Shown in pieces: positions 4,890-13,055 of a stretch of DNA of 13,055 bases. Source of the DNA: Pedosphaera sp. (GTDB lineage Bacteria; Verrucomicrobiota; Verrucomicrobiia; Limisphaerales; SIBH01); assembly GCA_031414955.1 (NCBI GenBank), contig JANOQV010000244.1:1-13055 (forward strand), given 5' to 3'. Each line of letters opens with the position of its first letter. Positions within the stretch are counted from its first letter, which is position 1. The translations under genes were made by a program, and so were the position numbers. The notes beneath the pieces were generated by a model that saw only the letters and a program-made list of their open reading frames with translations, ran no database searches and was not told the DNA's origin.

Positions 4890-6232
4890 TGGAGCGCGAG
4901 GCCGGTGGAGATTTGATTGATCTTCACCACGCCGGCCTGGATGCGCTCGGAGTAGAGCATCGCCTTCTTGAGGTCGCGCGTGACGATGGACGCGGAGAGG
5001 CCGACATCGACGCCGTTGGCCACGGCGATGGCCTCGTCGAAATTCTCCACGGCGATGATGGCGATGACGGGGCCAAAGACTTCCTCGCGCGCGATGCGCA
5101 TCTGCGGCGTGACGCCGGTGATGATGGTCGGCTGCATGAAGAAGCCGTGCGCGAGTTCGCCGTCGCTCAGGCGCGCGCCGCCATAGGCCACCGTGCCGCC
5201 CTCGTTCTTCGCGATTTCGATGTAGTCGAAGTTGCCCTTGAACTCCTGCTCGTTGACCGCCGGCCCCATCGTCACGCCCGGCTTCAAGCCGTTGCCGACG
5301 ACGATGGCCTTGGCTTTCTCGATCAGCTTCTCGGTGAACTGCGCCGCCACTGACTTCTCGACAATGACGCGGCTGGTGGCGGTGCAAGCCTGGCCGGTCA
5401 GCCCGAAGCCCGCGATGGCGACGAGGCGCGCAGCGAGATCGAGGTCGGCATCGGCGAGGACGATGGTCGGGTTCTTGCCGCCCATTTCCATCTGCGCGCG
5501 GGCCATGCGCTGGGCGAGCTGCTGATAGACCTGCGCGCCGACCTTGAGCGATCCGGTGAAGGAGAGCGCGGCGACGTTGGCGTTCGTGGCGAGTTCACCG
5601 CCGACGGCGCGGCCATCGCCAGTCACGACGTTGAGCACGCCCTTGGGCAGGCCGGCTTCGGCGAGAACCTTCGCCAGTTCAATCGACATGGCTGGTGCTT
5701 GCGACGCGGGCTTGAGCACCACGGCATTTCCGCTGACCAGCGCGGGCGCGAGCTTCCACGCCGGGATGGCAATGGGGAAATTCCACGGCGTGATGAGGCC
5801 GACGACGCCGAGCGGTTCACGGCGCGTGAACAAAAGATTCTGCGGCAGGTCGTGTGGAATAGTCTGGCCACCGATGGTGTAGCTGAGTCCGCCGAAGAAG
5901 CGGAAGATGTCGCAGGCGCGCTGCACTTCGCCGGTCGCTTCGGCGAATGTCTTGCCTTCCTCGCGCGTGAGGAGTTCGGCGAGTTCGGCCTTCTTTGTTT
6001 CGAGCAGCTGCGACGCTTTGCTCAACACCCTGCCGCGCGCCACTGGCGTCATCGCTGCCCAACCGGCGGACGCCGACTGTGCGGCAGCGACCGCAGCGGC
6101 GGCCTCAGCTTGGCCGCTCTGCTGATAGCTGGCGACCGCTTCGCGCGTGTCCGCCGGGTTCTGGTTCTGGTAGGTCGTGCCCGAGGCGGCTGAAACCCAT
6201 TCGCCGCCGATAAAATTTTGGTAAGTGCGCAT
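4775..6232 (-). CDS. NAD(P)-dependent aldehyde dehydrogenase (possibly alpha-ketoglutaric semialdehyde dehydrogenase-like), 485 aa
   Basis: ITPWNFP, LKPAS, SFTGS, catalytic Glu in EMGGKNP, catalytic Cys in GQACTA, EEVFGPV, PFGGVKKS. Start at ATG 6232 (MRTYQNFIGGEW). Confidence 0.96.
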   Translation of the reverse strand: MRTYQNFIGGEWVSAASGTTYQNQNPADTREAVASYQQSGQAEAAAAVAAAQSASAGWAAMTPVARGRVLSKASQLLETKKAELAELLTREEGKTFAEATGEVQRACDIFRFFGGLSYTIGGQTIPHDLPQNLLFTRREPLGVVGLITPWNFPIAIPAWKLAPALVSGNAVVLKPASQAPAMSIELAKVLAEAGLPKGVLNVVTGDGRAVGGELATNANVAALSFTGSLKVGAQVYQQLAQRMARAQMEMGGKNPTIVLADADLDLAARLVAIAGFGLTGQACTATSRVIVEKSVAAQFTEKLIEKAKAIVVGNGLKPGVTMGPAVNEQEFKGNFDYIEIAKNEGGTVAYGGARLSDGELAHGFFMQPTIITGVTPQMRIAREEVFGPVIAIIAVENFDEAIAVANGVDVGLSASIVTRDLKKAMLYSERIQAGVVKINQISTGLALQAPFGGVKKSSTDSFKEQGAGAIDFYTRIKTVYLDYSA

Positions 6233-6245
6233 AAGAATGAGATGC

Positions 6246-6274
6246 AGGCTAGGGGAGGCGGAAGAGCGGGGCAA
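6246..6274 (-). promoter_or_regulatory. Putative sigma70 promoter for ALDH
   Basis: Minus strand TTGCCC-N17-TAGCCT, 13 nt upstream of ATG 6232. Confidence 0.55.
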
Positions 6275-6309
6275 GCGCCTCGCTGGTTTTCGGCCCTGCG
6301 GCGATCTGG

Positions 6310-7338
6310 TTAGGCTGTGGCTGGCTTCAGATGCCTCAGAACCTCCTGAGCGACACCGGCGGGCGGAATGCCCCGCACACAGGCGAGCGGTTCACGGTAC
6401 GCGCAAGTGGCTTTCATGCACGGCACGCAGGGCAAATCGTTCCGTTGCAGCGCGCGGTCAGTCTGATGATAAGGGCCGGTGCGCGCGGGATTCGTCGGGC
6501 CGAAGATGCCGACGACGGGCTTGCGCAGCGCGGCGGCCACATGCATCGGGCCGGTGTCGTTCGTCACCACGACTTGGCAATGGCGAATCACTTCCACCAT
6601 TTGAAGCAGAGAGGTGCGGCCGGTGAGGTCGAGGCAGGCGTCGGGAGCCGCTGCGGAAATGTCGTGAGCTAAAGCTGAATCAGATTTGCCGCCGAGGATG
6701 GCGAACCGCAATTCGCGTCGCGTCGCGTGCAACTCGCGAACCATTTGCGCGAAATGTTCCACGGGCCAGCGTTTGTTCTCCCAGCGTGCGCCCGGCAGCA
6801 AGGCAATCATCGGGCGGTCATCGAGCGACCAGAGGGATCGAACTTCCTCGGCCAACGCATCGCGCCGCGGAAGCCAGTCAAAGTTCTGATGCACAGGGAT
6901 GCGCAGCGCCCGCAGCGTTTCCAGATACCAATCGACCGCGTGGGTTTCCGCCGAGGGGCGCGGCACGCTGAGGTCGTAGTAACCGTGGGCGAGTTCGCGC
7001 GGGTCGTGCAGGCCGACGAAGCACCCGCCATTGGCGAGCCAGCCGATGGCGCCGGTGCGGGCGAGGGCCTGGAGATCGAGGACGAGATCGAAGCGGTGCC
7101 GGCGCAACTCAAGGATGGATTTGCCCATCTCGGCCCAGTTCCACGGCCTGGCCCAGCGGTCACGCTCGAAGCGAAACAGCCCGGCGAGATCCGGATCGCC
7201 TTCCAGCAAGGGCGCGTTGCGCGTCTCGACCCACCAGTAAATCTCCGCGCCCGGATGGTGTTGCTTGAGCAGCCGCAGCACGGGCAGAGCCTGCACGACA
7301 TCACCGAGCGAACTGGGTTTGAGAATGAGAATCTTCAA
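6310..7338 (-). CDS. Glycosyltransferase family 9 (LPS heptosyltransferase WaaC/WaaF-like), 342 aa
   Basis: KILILKPSSLGDVV, FDLVLDLQ, PGARWENKRWP, DLTGRTSL, VTNDTGPMHVAAAL..PVVGIFGPT. TTG start. Confidence 0.93.
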   Translation of the reverse strand: MKILILKPSSLGDVVQALPVLRLLKQHHPGAEIYWWVETRNAPLLEGDPDLAGLFRFERDRWARPWNWAEMGKSILELRRHRFDLVLDLQALARTGAIGWLANGGCFVGLHDPRELAHGYYDLSVPRPSAETHAVDWYLETLRALRIPVHQNFDWLPRRDALAEEVRSLWSLDDRPMIALLPGARWENKRWPVEHFAQMVRELHATRRELRFAILGGKSDSALAHDISAAAPDACLDLTGRTSLLQMVEVIRHCQVVVTNDTGPMHVAAALRKPVVGIFGPTNPARTGPYHQTDRALQRNDLPCVPCMKATCAYREPLACVRGIPPAGVAQEVLRHLKPATA

Positions 7339-7425
7339 CTGTGACTGTGTTGCTTCGGCCCGGAAAATTGTCGTCCGGAGTCACTCTGCGGCGGGCTGAC
7401 GAATCGCCGTTGCGACTGGCTCCGC

Positions 7426-8148
7426 TCACTTCCCGTAGCTCAACCGTTCCGCCAGGCGCGGCGGCAGGCCGGCCTCGAGAATTTTTTTCTGCGCTTTGGC
7501 GATGTCGTAGTCGAGCCGGCGGATTTCGATGGAGCCTTCGTTCAGATCGTAGATGACGTAGGCGGCCTTGGGATTGTTGTCGCGCGGCTGTCCGACACTG
7601 CCCACGTTGACGAAATACTTCCGGCCCGGCTCGACCTTGAATTTCGAGTAGGTGCCACCCCGGACCATCGAGTCGCGGATGAAAGCCACCGGCACATGGG
7701 TGTGACCGAAGAAGCAGACGCTCGTGTTCTGGTAGGTGAAGCTCGCGGCCGCCATCAGCTTGTCGAACACGTAACCCCAGCGTTCCGGCTGATCGAGCGT
7801 GGCATGGACCATGGAGAAACTGGCCACGAGGCGGATGTATTTCAACTCTCGCAACCATCGGCGGTCGTCCTCGGTGAGTTGCTTGCGGGTCCAGATGACG
7901 GCCTCGGCGGCGTGGGGGTTGAAGCCCTCGAGATCCTCTTCGCTCGAGCAGTATTCGTCGTGGTTCCCCTTCACGCACGGCATGTTCATGCTGCGCACGA
8001 TGTCGAGGCATTGCTTGGGATAGGCGCCGTAGCCGACCACGTCGCCCACGCAGCAGTAGTGGGTACACTTCTGCTCGCGCGCATCCGCCAGCACCACCTC
8101 TAAAGCATCAAGGTTGCCGTGGATGTCTGCTATGACCGCGTATTTCAT
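7426..8148 (-). CDS. Calcineurin-like metallophosphoesterase (240 aa)
   Basis: ADIHGN, GDVVGYG, GNHD, HA, FGHTH and NVGSVGQPRD motifs. Confidence 0.93.
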   Translation of the reverse strand: MKYAVIADIHGNLDALEVVLADAREQKCTHYCCVGDVVGYGAYPKQCLDIVRSMNMPCVKGNHDEYCSSEEDLEGFNPHAAEAVIWTRKQLTEDDRRWLRELKYIRLVASFSMVHATLDQPERWGYVFDKLMAAASFTYQNTSVCFFGHTHVPVAFIRDSMVRGGTYSKFKVEPGRKYFVNVGSVGQPRDNNPKAAYVIYDLNEGSIEIRRLDYDIAKAQKKILEAGLPPRLAERLSYGK

Positions 8149-8160
8149 TCTGACAAAACT

Positions 8161-8439
8161 CTACCGTACGATTTCAAATCCGCGAAATTGTCCCGTGGCT
8201 GCGGAAAAGTTTTCTTCCTCGCGTTGGATCAGCCCGCCCAGGCCTGACTCGCGCACCGCCACGCGGAAAGCTTCCAGTTCCTCCCGCGCACCCTCCGCCT
8301 GCAACTCCACCCGGCCATCGTCCAGATTGCGCACCGCACCCGTGACTTCAAACCCAGTGGTGATCGATTTCACCGTGTAGCGAAACCCGACTCCCTGCAC
8401 CCGGCCAGAATAAAGGACGGTCATCCGTTGGCGGTTCAT
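8161..8439 (-). CDS. acyP: Acylphosphatase (92 aa)
   Basis: [11 protein letters not shown] and [11 protein letters not shown] signature motifs. Confidence 0.95.
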   Translation of the reverse strand: MNRQRMTVLYSGRVQGVGFRYTVKSITTGFEVTGAVRNLDDGRVELQAEGAREELEAFRVAVRESGLGGLIQREEENFSAATGQFRGFEIVR

Positions 8440-8574
8440 TGGCTGATGTGACGCAGGGCGATCAAGCCAAAGCCCGGCGAGGCGCGCAAGGAATTGTTTG
8501 GCCGGAACGCGGTTTCCCGATCGCGCCGCAGTTCGCGTTCGCCAACACCCCCAGCTTTACGCATCTTCCCGTTG

Positions 8575-9609
8575 ATGTTGCCGTGGATTCCCACCGCGCC
8601 GGGCCAGCCTGTTCTGGCCCTGGCCCCGATGCAGGACGTGACCGACCTGCCGTTCCTGCGCTTGATGGCGCGGTATGGCGGGGCGGATGTCTATTACACG
8701 GAATACTTCCGCGTTCACGCCACGTCCCACCTGGAGAAGTTCATTCTACGCTCCATCGAAGAGAATCCTACGGGCAAACCCATCATCGCGCAGATGATTG
8801 GCAACGACATCCAGGCGCTGGTGCGAACGGCGAAGGAGTTGCAACAACTGCCCATCGCGGCCGTGGACCTGAATCTTGGCTGTCCCGCGCCGGTGGTTTA
8901 CCGCAAGTGCGCGGGCGGCGGTTTGCTGCGCGAGCCCAAGCGCGTCGATGCGATCCTTGGCGCGTTGCGCGAGGCTGTTCAGCCACCCTGCCGTTTCACG
9001 GTGAAGACGCGGCTTGGGTTCGACTCGCCGGAGGTCTTCGAGGAACTGCTGCCCATCTTCGCCAAGCACTCGATCGACCTGCTCACGGTGCATGGCCGCA
9101 CGGTTTACGAGATGTATCGCAGTGAAGTGCATTACGACTTCATCGCCCGCGCCGTGGAGGCGATGTCCTGCCCGGTGCTGGCCAACGGGAATGTTCACTC
9201 CGCCGCCAAAGCCGCAGAGATTCTGCGCCTCACCGGCGCGGCGGGACTGATGATCGGCCGGGGTGCCATTCGTAACCCCTGGCTCTTCCACCAGATTCGC
9301 CAGCATCGACGGGGCGAACCCATCTTCCTCCCGCGCGGCTGCGACGTGCTGGAATACATCCGCGCCCTCTACGACGCCGTCTGCTCGCCCGAGGTGAAGG
9401 AATCCGCGCAGGTGCAGAAGATGAAGAAGTATTTGAACTACGTGGCCGTGGGCGCGGAACCGAGCGGACAGTTCCTCCACGACATCCGCCGCGTCGAGGA
9501 CAAGGCCGGGTTCTTCCGCGTCTGCGAGCGTTACCTCAGCCACGACTCGCCGCTGCCGCTGGAACCGTTCAGTCATCCCGCAACGAAGAGCGAAGTGGAT
9601 TCTCTTTAG
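8575..9609 (+). CDS. tRNA-dihydrouridine synthase (Dus family)
   Basis: LALAPMQDVTD, DLNLGCP, TVKTRLG, LTVHGRT, VLANGNV, LMIGRGAIRNPWLF. Start inferred at ATG 8575. Confidence 0.92.
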   Translation: MLPWIPTAPGQPVLALAPMQDVTDLPFLRLMARYGGADVYYTEYFRVHATSHLEKFILRSIEENPTGKPIIAQMIGNDIQALVRTAKELQQLPIAAVDLNLGCPAPVVYRKCAGGGLLREPKRVDAILGALREAVQPPCRFTVKTRLGFDSPEVFEELLPIFAKHSIDLLTVHGRTVYEMYRSEVHYDFIARAVEAMSCPVLANGNVHSAAKAAEILRLTGAAGLMIGRGAIRNPWLFHQIRQHRRGEPIFLPRGCDVLEYIRALYDAVCSPEVKESAQVQKMKKYLNYVAVGAEPSGQFLHDIRRVEDKAGFFRVCERYLSHDSPLPLEPFSHPATKSEVDSL

Positions 9610-9640
9610 CAGTTGAGGCGACGAAGCCTTTTATTCAAAA

Positions 9641-9729
9641 CACCAAGCACCAAGCACCAAGCACCAACCAACGGTCGTGGTTGCGATTTGGAGCTGGGTG
9701 TTTCTCTGGAGCTTGGTGCTTGGAGCTTT
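9641..9729. repeat. Heptamer-based inverted repeat element: (CACCAAG)n ... (CTTGGWG)n
   Basis: caccaag x3 + caccaac at 9641-9668 pairs with ...ctggagcttggtgcttggagctt ending near 9729. Confidence 0.85.
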
Positions 9730-9755
9730 TTTCCCGTTATGTCACCAGTTACCGC

Positions 9756-10499
9756 ATGTCCGCCCCGTTGTTGAAACTTGAGAACGTCAGCAAGAGCTAC
9801 CGCGCCGCCGAAGGCAGCGCGCCGGTCACCGTTCTGCGCGATGTCTCGCTTACCATCGAAGCTGGCGAATCGCTTTCCATCGTCGGACCGAGCGGCTGCG
9901 GCAAGAGCACCTTGCTCAATATCATTGGCACGCTCGACCACGCCGACTCCGGCCGCGTGTGGTTCGGCGACAAGGATCTCAGCGCGCAGAATGAGCAATC
10001 GCTCGCCACGATCCGGAACCGCGAGATCGGCTTCATCTTCCAGGCGCACCATCTGCTCCCGCATTGCACCGTCTGGGAGAACATTCTGGTGCCGACGCTG
10101 GCGGAAAAAAACTCTCCGACAGCCAACGGTGCCGAGCAACGCGCCGAGCGCCTGCTCAAACGCGTGGGCCTCAGCGACCGCATTCATCACCGCCCCGGCC
10201 AACTCTCCGGCGGTGAACGCCAGCGGGTGGCCGTGGTGCGCGCGCTCATCAATCAGCCCAAGCTCCTGCTCGCCGACGAGCCGACTGGTTCCCTCGACCG
10301 CGCTTCCGCCGATGAACTGGCCAAGCTGCTCGGCGAATTGAACCGCGAGGAGAACGTCACGCTGATCGTCGTCACCCACGCGCTTGATCTGGCGCGGCAG
10401 ATGGGGCGGGTGTTTGAGATTCGGGAAGGAGCACTGGTCGAAGATCCAAGCTCCAAGATCCAAGCTCCAGAGAAGATCCAAACTGCAAACACCAAATGA
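9756..10499 (+). CDS. ABC transporter ATP-binding protein (LolD/MacB-like)
   Basis: Walker A GPSGCGKSTLL, Q-loop GFIFQ, signature LSGGERQRVAVVRAL, Walker B LLLADEPTGSLD, H-loop VVTH. Start at ATG 9756. Confidence 0.95.
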   Translation: MSAPLLKLENVSKSYRAAEGSAPVTVLRDVSLTIEAGESLSIVGPSGCGKSTLLNIIGTLDHADSGRVWFGDKDLSAQNEQSLATIRNREIGFIFQAHHLLPHCTVWENILVPTLAEKNSPTANGAEQRAERLLKRVGLSDRIHHRPGQLSGGERQRVAVVRALINQPKLLLADEPTGSLDRASADELAKLLGELNREENVTLIVVTHALDLARQMGRVFEIREGALVEDPSSKIQAPEKIQTANTK

Positions 10500-10563
10500 C
10501 GCGCTGCATTGGACATTGGATCTTGGAGCTTCTCTGGATCTTGGATCTTGGATCTTGGGTCTT
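10441..10563. repeat. Heptamer-based long inverted repeat: (ATCCAAG/CTCCAAG)n ... (CTTGGAT)n
   Basis: Left arm aagatccaagctccaagatccaagctccagagaagatccaa... pairs with right arm ttggatcttggagcttctctggatcttggatcttggatcttgg. Shares ccaagctccagagaa with the 9641-9729 element. Confidence 0.88.
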
Positions 10564-10569
10564 TTCCAA

Positions 10570-13050
10570 ATGACCCCACGCACTCTCATCACCCGCAGCC
10601 TGCGCTTCCACTGGCGCGCGCATCTCGGTGTGGTGCTCGGCGCGGCCGTGGGCAGCGCCGCGCTCATTGGCGCGCTCATCGTGGGCGACTCGGTGCGGGA
10701 GAGCTTGCGCGAGCGGGCGCTGGAACGGCTCGGCTGGATCGAGTCGGCGCTGGACGGCGGCGACCGCTTCTTCCCGCACAAACTGGCCGAGCGCATCGTG
10801 CCCATCAATCGCGCCATGCCGGAGGCGATGAACTCGTGGAATTTCGATCCCGTGTTGAAACTCCCCGGCACCGCCAGCCGGCAGGACGGCACCGCGCGCG
10901 CCAATCAGGTGAACGTCCTCGGCGTCGGCTTCTGGAGCTTCTGGCAGAGTTCGCGCATCACCAACGCGAAGCCCTCCTTCGCGGCCATCCCGAACGGAAG
11001 CGTCGTTCTCAACGAAGCGCTCGCTGCGCAGCTTCACGCCCAGATCGGGGACGAAATCATCCTCCGCCTGCACAAGCCCACCGCCCTCTCCCGCGACGTG
11101 CCGATCACGCCGCAGAGCGACAACACCGTGGCGCTGCGGCTCAAAGTCTTCGGCATCGCGACCGCGCAGTACATGGGCAACTTCGATTTGCGCTCCAGCC
11201 AGACGCCGCCGCTGAACGCCTTTCTTCTCATCAACACCCTCGCGCCCGCCGTCGGACTGGAGGGCAAGGCGAACCTGATTCTAAATGGCGACTTCAGGAC
11301 TTACCGCAACGCCGAGAAACCGTGGGTCCAATGGTGGCACCGTATCGAGCCGCACTTGCCGGGATACAAGCCGGTGTCGAGACCCGTCCCGCAGACCTCG
11401 GTGCCGCTGGCGGACTGGCGCATCGCCTGGCGTCCCCGGATCGGTGATCTCTCACTTCAACTTCGCGTCATCACCAACCACTCGATGCTGGAACTCCGCA
11501 GTGACCGCATCTTCCTCGAACCCGCCGTAACCGCCGCCGTCTTCGCGCCGCCAACGAACCGCGCTTCCGCGGATCGTACCCCCTACTGGGCCGCCTCCTG
11601 GATTTCCCCCTGGCCGCATCTCACCAACTTCGCCGGCAACGAACTCGTCGCTTCGCTTGGCCGGCCGGTAATGACTTACCTCGTCAACCAACTCCGCGCC
11701 GGTGAACTCAGTGCTCCCTACTCGATGGTCACGGCCGCCGGATCGCCGTGGACGGCAGCTGCCCTGCGCGACGACGAGATCGTGGTGAACGACTGGCTCG
11801 CCGACGATCTGCAACTCAAGCCCGGCGACACGCTTGACCTCACCTACTTCCTCGCCGAGTCCGGCGCGCAACTCGTCGAGCGCACCAACCGTTTCCGCGT
11901 GCGCTCCATCGTGCCGCTGGCGGGCCTCCACGCCGATCAAACGCTGATGCCGGATTTTCCTGGGCTGGCCAAGGCCGAGAGCACGCACGAGTGGGACGCG
12001 GGCTTCCCGCTCACGCACAAGATTCGCGAGAAGGATGATCAATACTGGAAGCAGCATCGCGGCACGCCGAAGGCGTTCGTGACCCTGCGCGCCGGGCAGG
12101 CCATGTGGGGCAACCGCTTCGGCAATCTGACGGCCATCCGCTTCCCGGTGCCGCCGGGCGAGGAGGCTGCGGCCTTTCAGACGAAGCTGGAAAACACCCT
12201 GAGCGCGAATCTCGATCCCGAATCGCTCGGCCTGCGCTTCGAGCGCGTGCGCGAACAGGCGTTGCTGGCTGCGTCGCAGTCGCAGGACTTCGGCGGGCTG
12301 TTCATCGGGTTCAGCTTCTTCCTCATCGGCGCGGCGCTGATCTTGATGGCGCTGTTGTTTCAGTTCGGCCTCGAGCAGCGCGCGGCGGAAATCGGCACGC
12401 TGCTGGCGCTGGGCTTCCCGGCGCGGCGGGTGCGGAAGCTGTTCCTGCTCGAAGGCGCGGCGCTGGCGTTCATTGGCAGTGTCATCGGCGTGGCAGGAGG
12501 AGTTTTTTATGCGCGCGCCATGCTGCATGGACTCACGACCATTTGGCGCAGTGCCACGAACACGAGCGCGCTCACGTTCCATGCCTCGCCCGTCACGATT
12601 TTGACTGGCTTGGTCAGCGGGACGTTGGTGGCGGTGATTACGATTTGGTTCGTGCTGCGCAAGCAGGCGCGGCAGCCCGCGCGCGCGCTGCTGGTGGGCG
12701 ATTGGAGCGCGGACAGCCATTTCCGCGCGAACGTGAATGATTCAGAGACACGCGGACTCCGCGGTCCGCGCTCCTTCGCGCTTCTGGGCTGCTTCCGCGC
12801 TTCCGTCGTCGCCTGCGCCTCGCTCGCTTTGGCCGTCGTCATTGTCGTGTGGGCTTTCATCAGCGGCGAAACATCGAACGCCGGTTTCTTCTTCGGCGCA
12901 GGTTCGCTGGCGTTGATTGCCGGGCTTTCTGGCACATCCTGGTTGCTCCAGCGATGGGTAGGGCGCGGGTTCCACACCCCGCAAGACCAGGGTGCGCCAC
13001 AACCCCCCGCCGTGATGACACCCCCCCCCCCCCAGTCCCACAGTTCTTAG
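10570..13050 (+). CDS. Large ABC transporter permease (MacB/FtsX/LolE-like), 3' end probably truncated or unreliable
   Basis: N-terminal TM (LGVVLGAAVGSAALIGALIVGDS), long extracytoplasmic domain, FtsX-like EQRAAEIGTLLALGF...LFLLEG with following TMs. Ends in poly-C low-complexity sequence at the window edge. Confidence 0.9.
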   Translation: MTPRTLITRSLRFHWRAHLGVVLGAAVGSAALIGALIVGDSVRESLRERALERLGWIESALDGGDRFFPHKLAERIVPINRAMPEAMNSWNFDPVLKLPGTASRQDGTARANQVNVLGVGFWSFWQSSRITNAKPSFAAIPNGSVVLNEALAAQLHAQIGDEIILRLHKPTALSRDVPITPQSDNTVALRLKVFGIATAQYMGNFDLRSSQTPPLNAFLLINTLAPAVGLEGKANLILNGDFRTYRNAEKPWVQWWHRIEPHLPGYKPVSRPVPQTSVPLADWRIAWRPRIGDLSLQLRVITNHSMLELRSDRIFLEPAVTAAVFAPPTNRASADRTPYWAASWISPWPHLTNFAGNELVASLGRPVMTYLVNQLRAGELSAPYSMVTAAGSPWTAAALRDDEIVVNDWLADDLQLKPGDTLDLTYFLAESGAQLVERTNRFRVRSIVPLAGLHADQTLMPDFPGLAKAESTHEWDAGFPLTHKIREKDDQYWKQHRGTPKAFVTLRAGQAMWGNRFGNLTAIRFPVPPGEEAAAFQTKLENTLSANLDPESLGLRFERVREQALLAASQSQDFGGLFIGFSFFLIGAALILMALLFQFGLEQRAAEIGTLLALGFPARRVRKLFLLEGAALAFIGSVIGVAGGVFYARAMLHGLTTIWRSATNTSALTFHASPVTILTGLVSGTLVAVITIWFVLRKQARQPARALLVGDWSADSHFRANVNDSETRGLRGPRSFALLGCFRASVVACASLALAVVIVVWAFISGETSNAGFFFGAGSLALIAGLSGTSWLLQRWVGRGFHTPQDQGAPQPPAVMTPPPPQSHSS
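12704..12774. repeat. REP-like inverted doublet inside the permease coding sequence
   Basis: 12704-12727 ggagcgcggacagccatttccgcg versus the reverse complement of 12751-12774, ggagcgcggaccgcggagtccgcg. Same GGAG + palindrome architecture as 4705-4771. Confidence 0.75.
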
Positions 13051-13055
13051 GTGCT

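Noticed and set aside
9641..10563. CRISPR array
   Set aside because: Repeats are tandem 7-mers in inverted arrangement without unique spacers, and there are no cas genes.
10384..10569. N-terminal extensions in the ORF track (permease from 10384, ATPase from 9681, ALDH from 6274, Dus from 8494)
   Set aside because: The extensions translate repeat or promoter DNA. Family-like sequence begins at the downstream ATGs (10570, 9756, 6232, 8575).
9606..12720. Long minus-strand ORFs (9606-10904, 10372-11073, 11452-12720)
   Set aside because: Antisense shadows of the well-supported ABC ATPase and permease in GC-rich DNA, with no recognisable motifs.

Overview
GC-rich bacterial window. Gene content and repeat style suggest Verrucomicrobia/PVC (inference only). 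The right part (4775-13055) is housekeeping: aldehyde dehydrogenase (ALDH), GT9 heptosyltransferase-like glycosyltransferase, metallophosphoesterase, acylphosphatase, tRNA-dihydrouridine synthase, and a LolD/MacB-type ABC ATPase plus large permease that runs into a probably unreliable sequence end. The left part (1-4774), downstream of ALDH, is an array of four small accessory modules: PIN toxin + RHH antitoxin; small helical protein + HNH nuclease; Mrr-type nuclease + unknown protein with a HEPN-like RxxxxH motif; RHH antitoxin + VapC + a 63-aa protein. Each module has its own sigma70-like promoter positioned for leaderless transcription. No integrase or transposase is present. The last 116 bp of ALDH are duplicated 1837 bp away with only 4 mismatches, all synonymous, bracketing two of the modules. 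An 11-bp inverted repeat brackets the Mrr/HEPN-like module. REP-like palindromic doublets punctuate the array, one lies in frame inside the permease, and heptamer-built inverted repeats flank the ABC ATPase.
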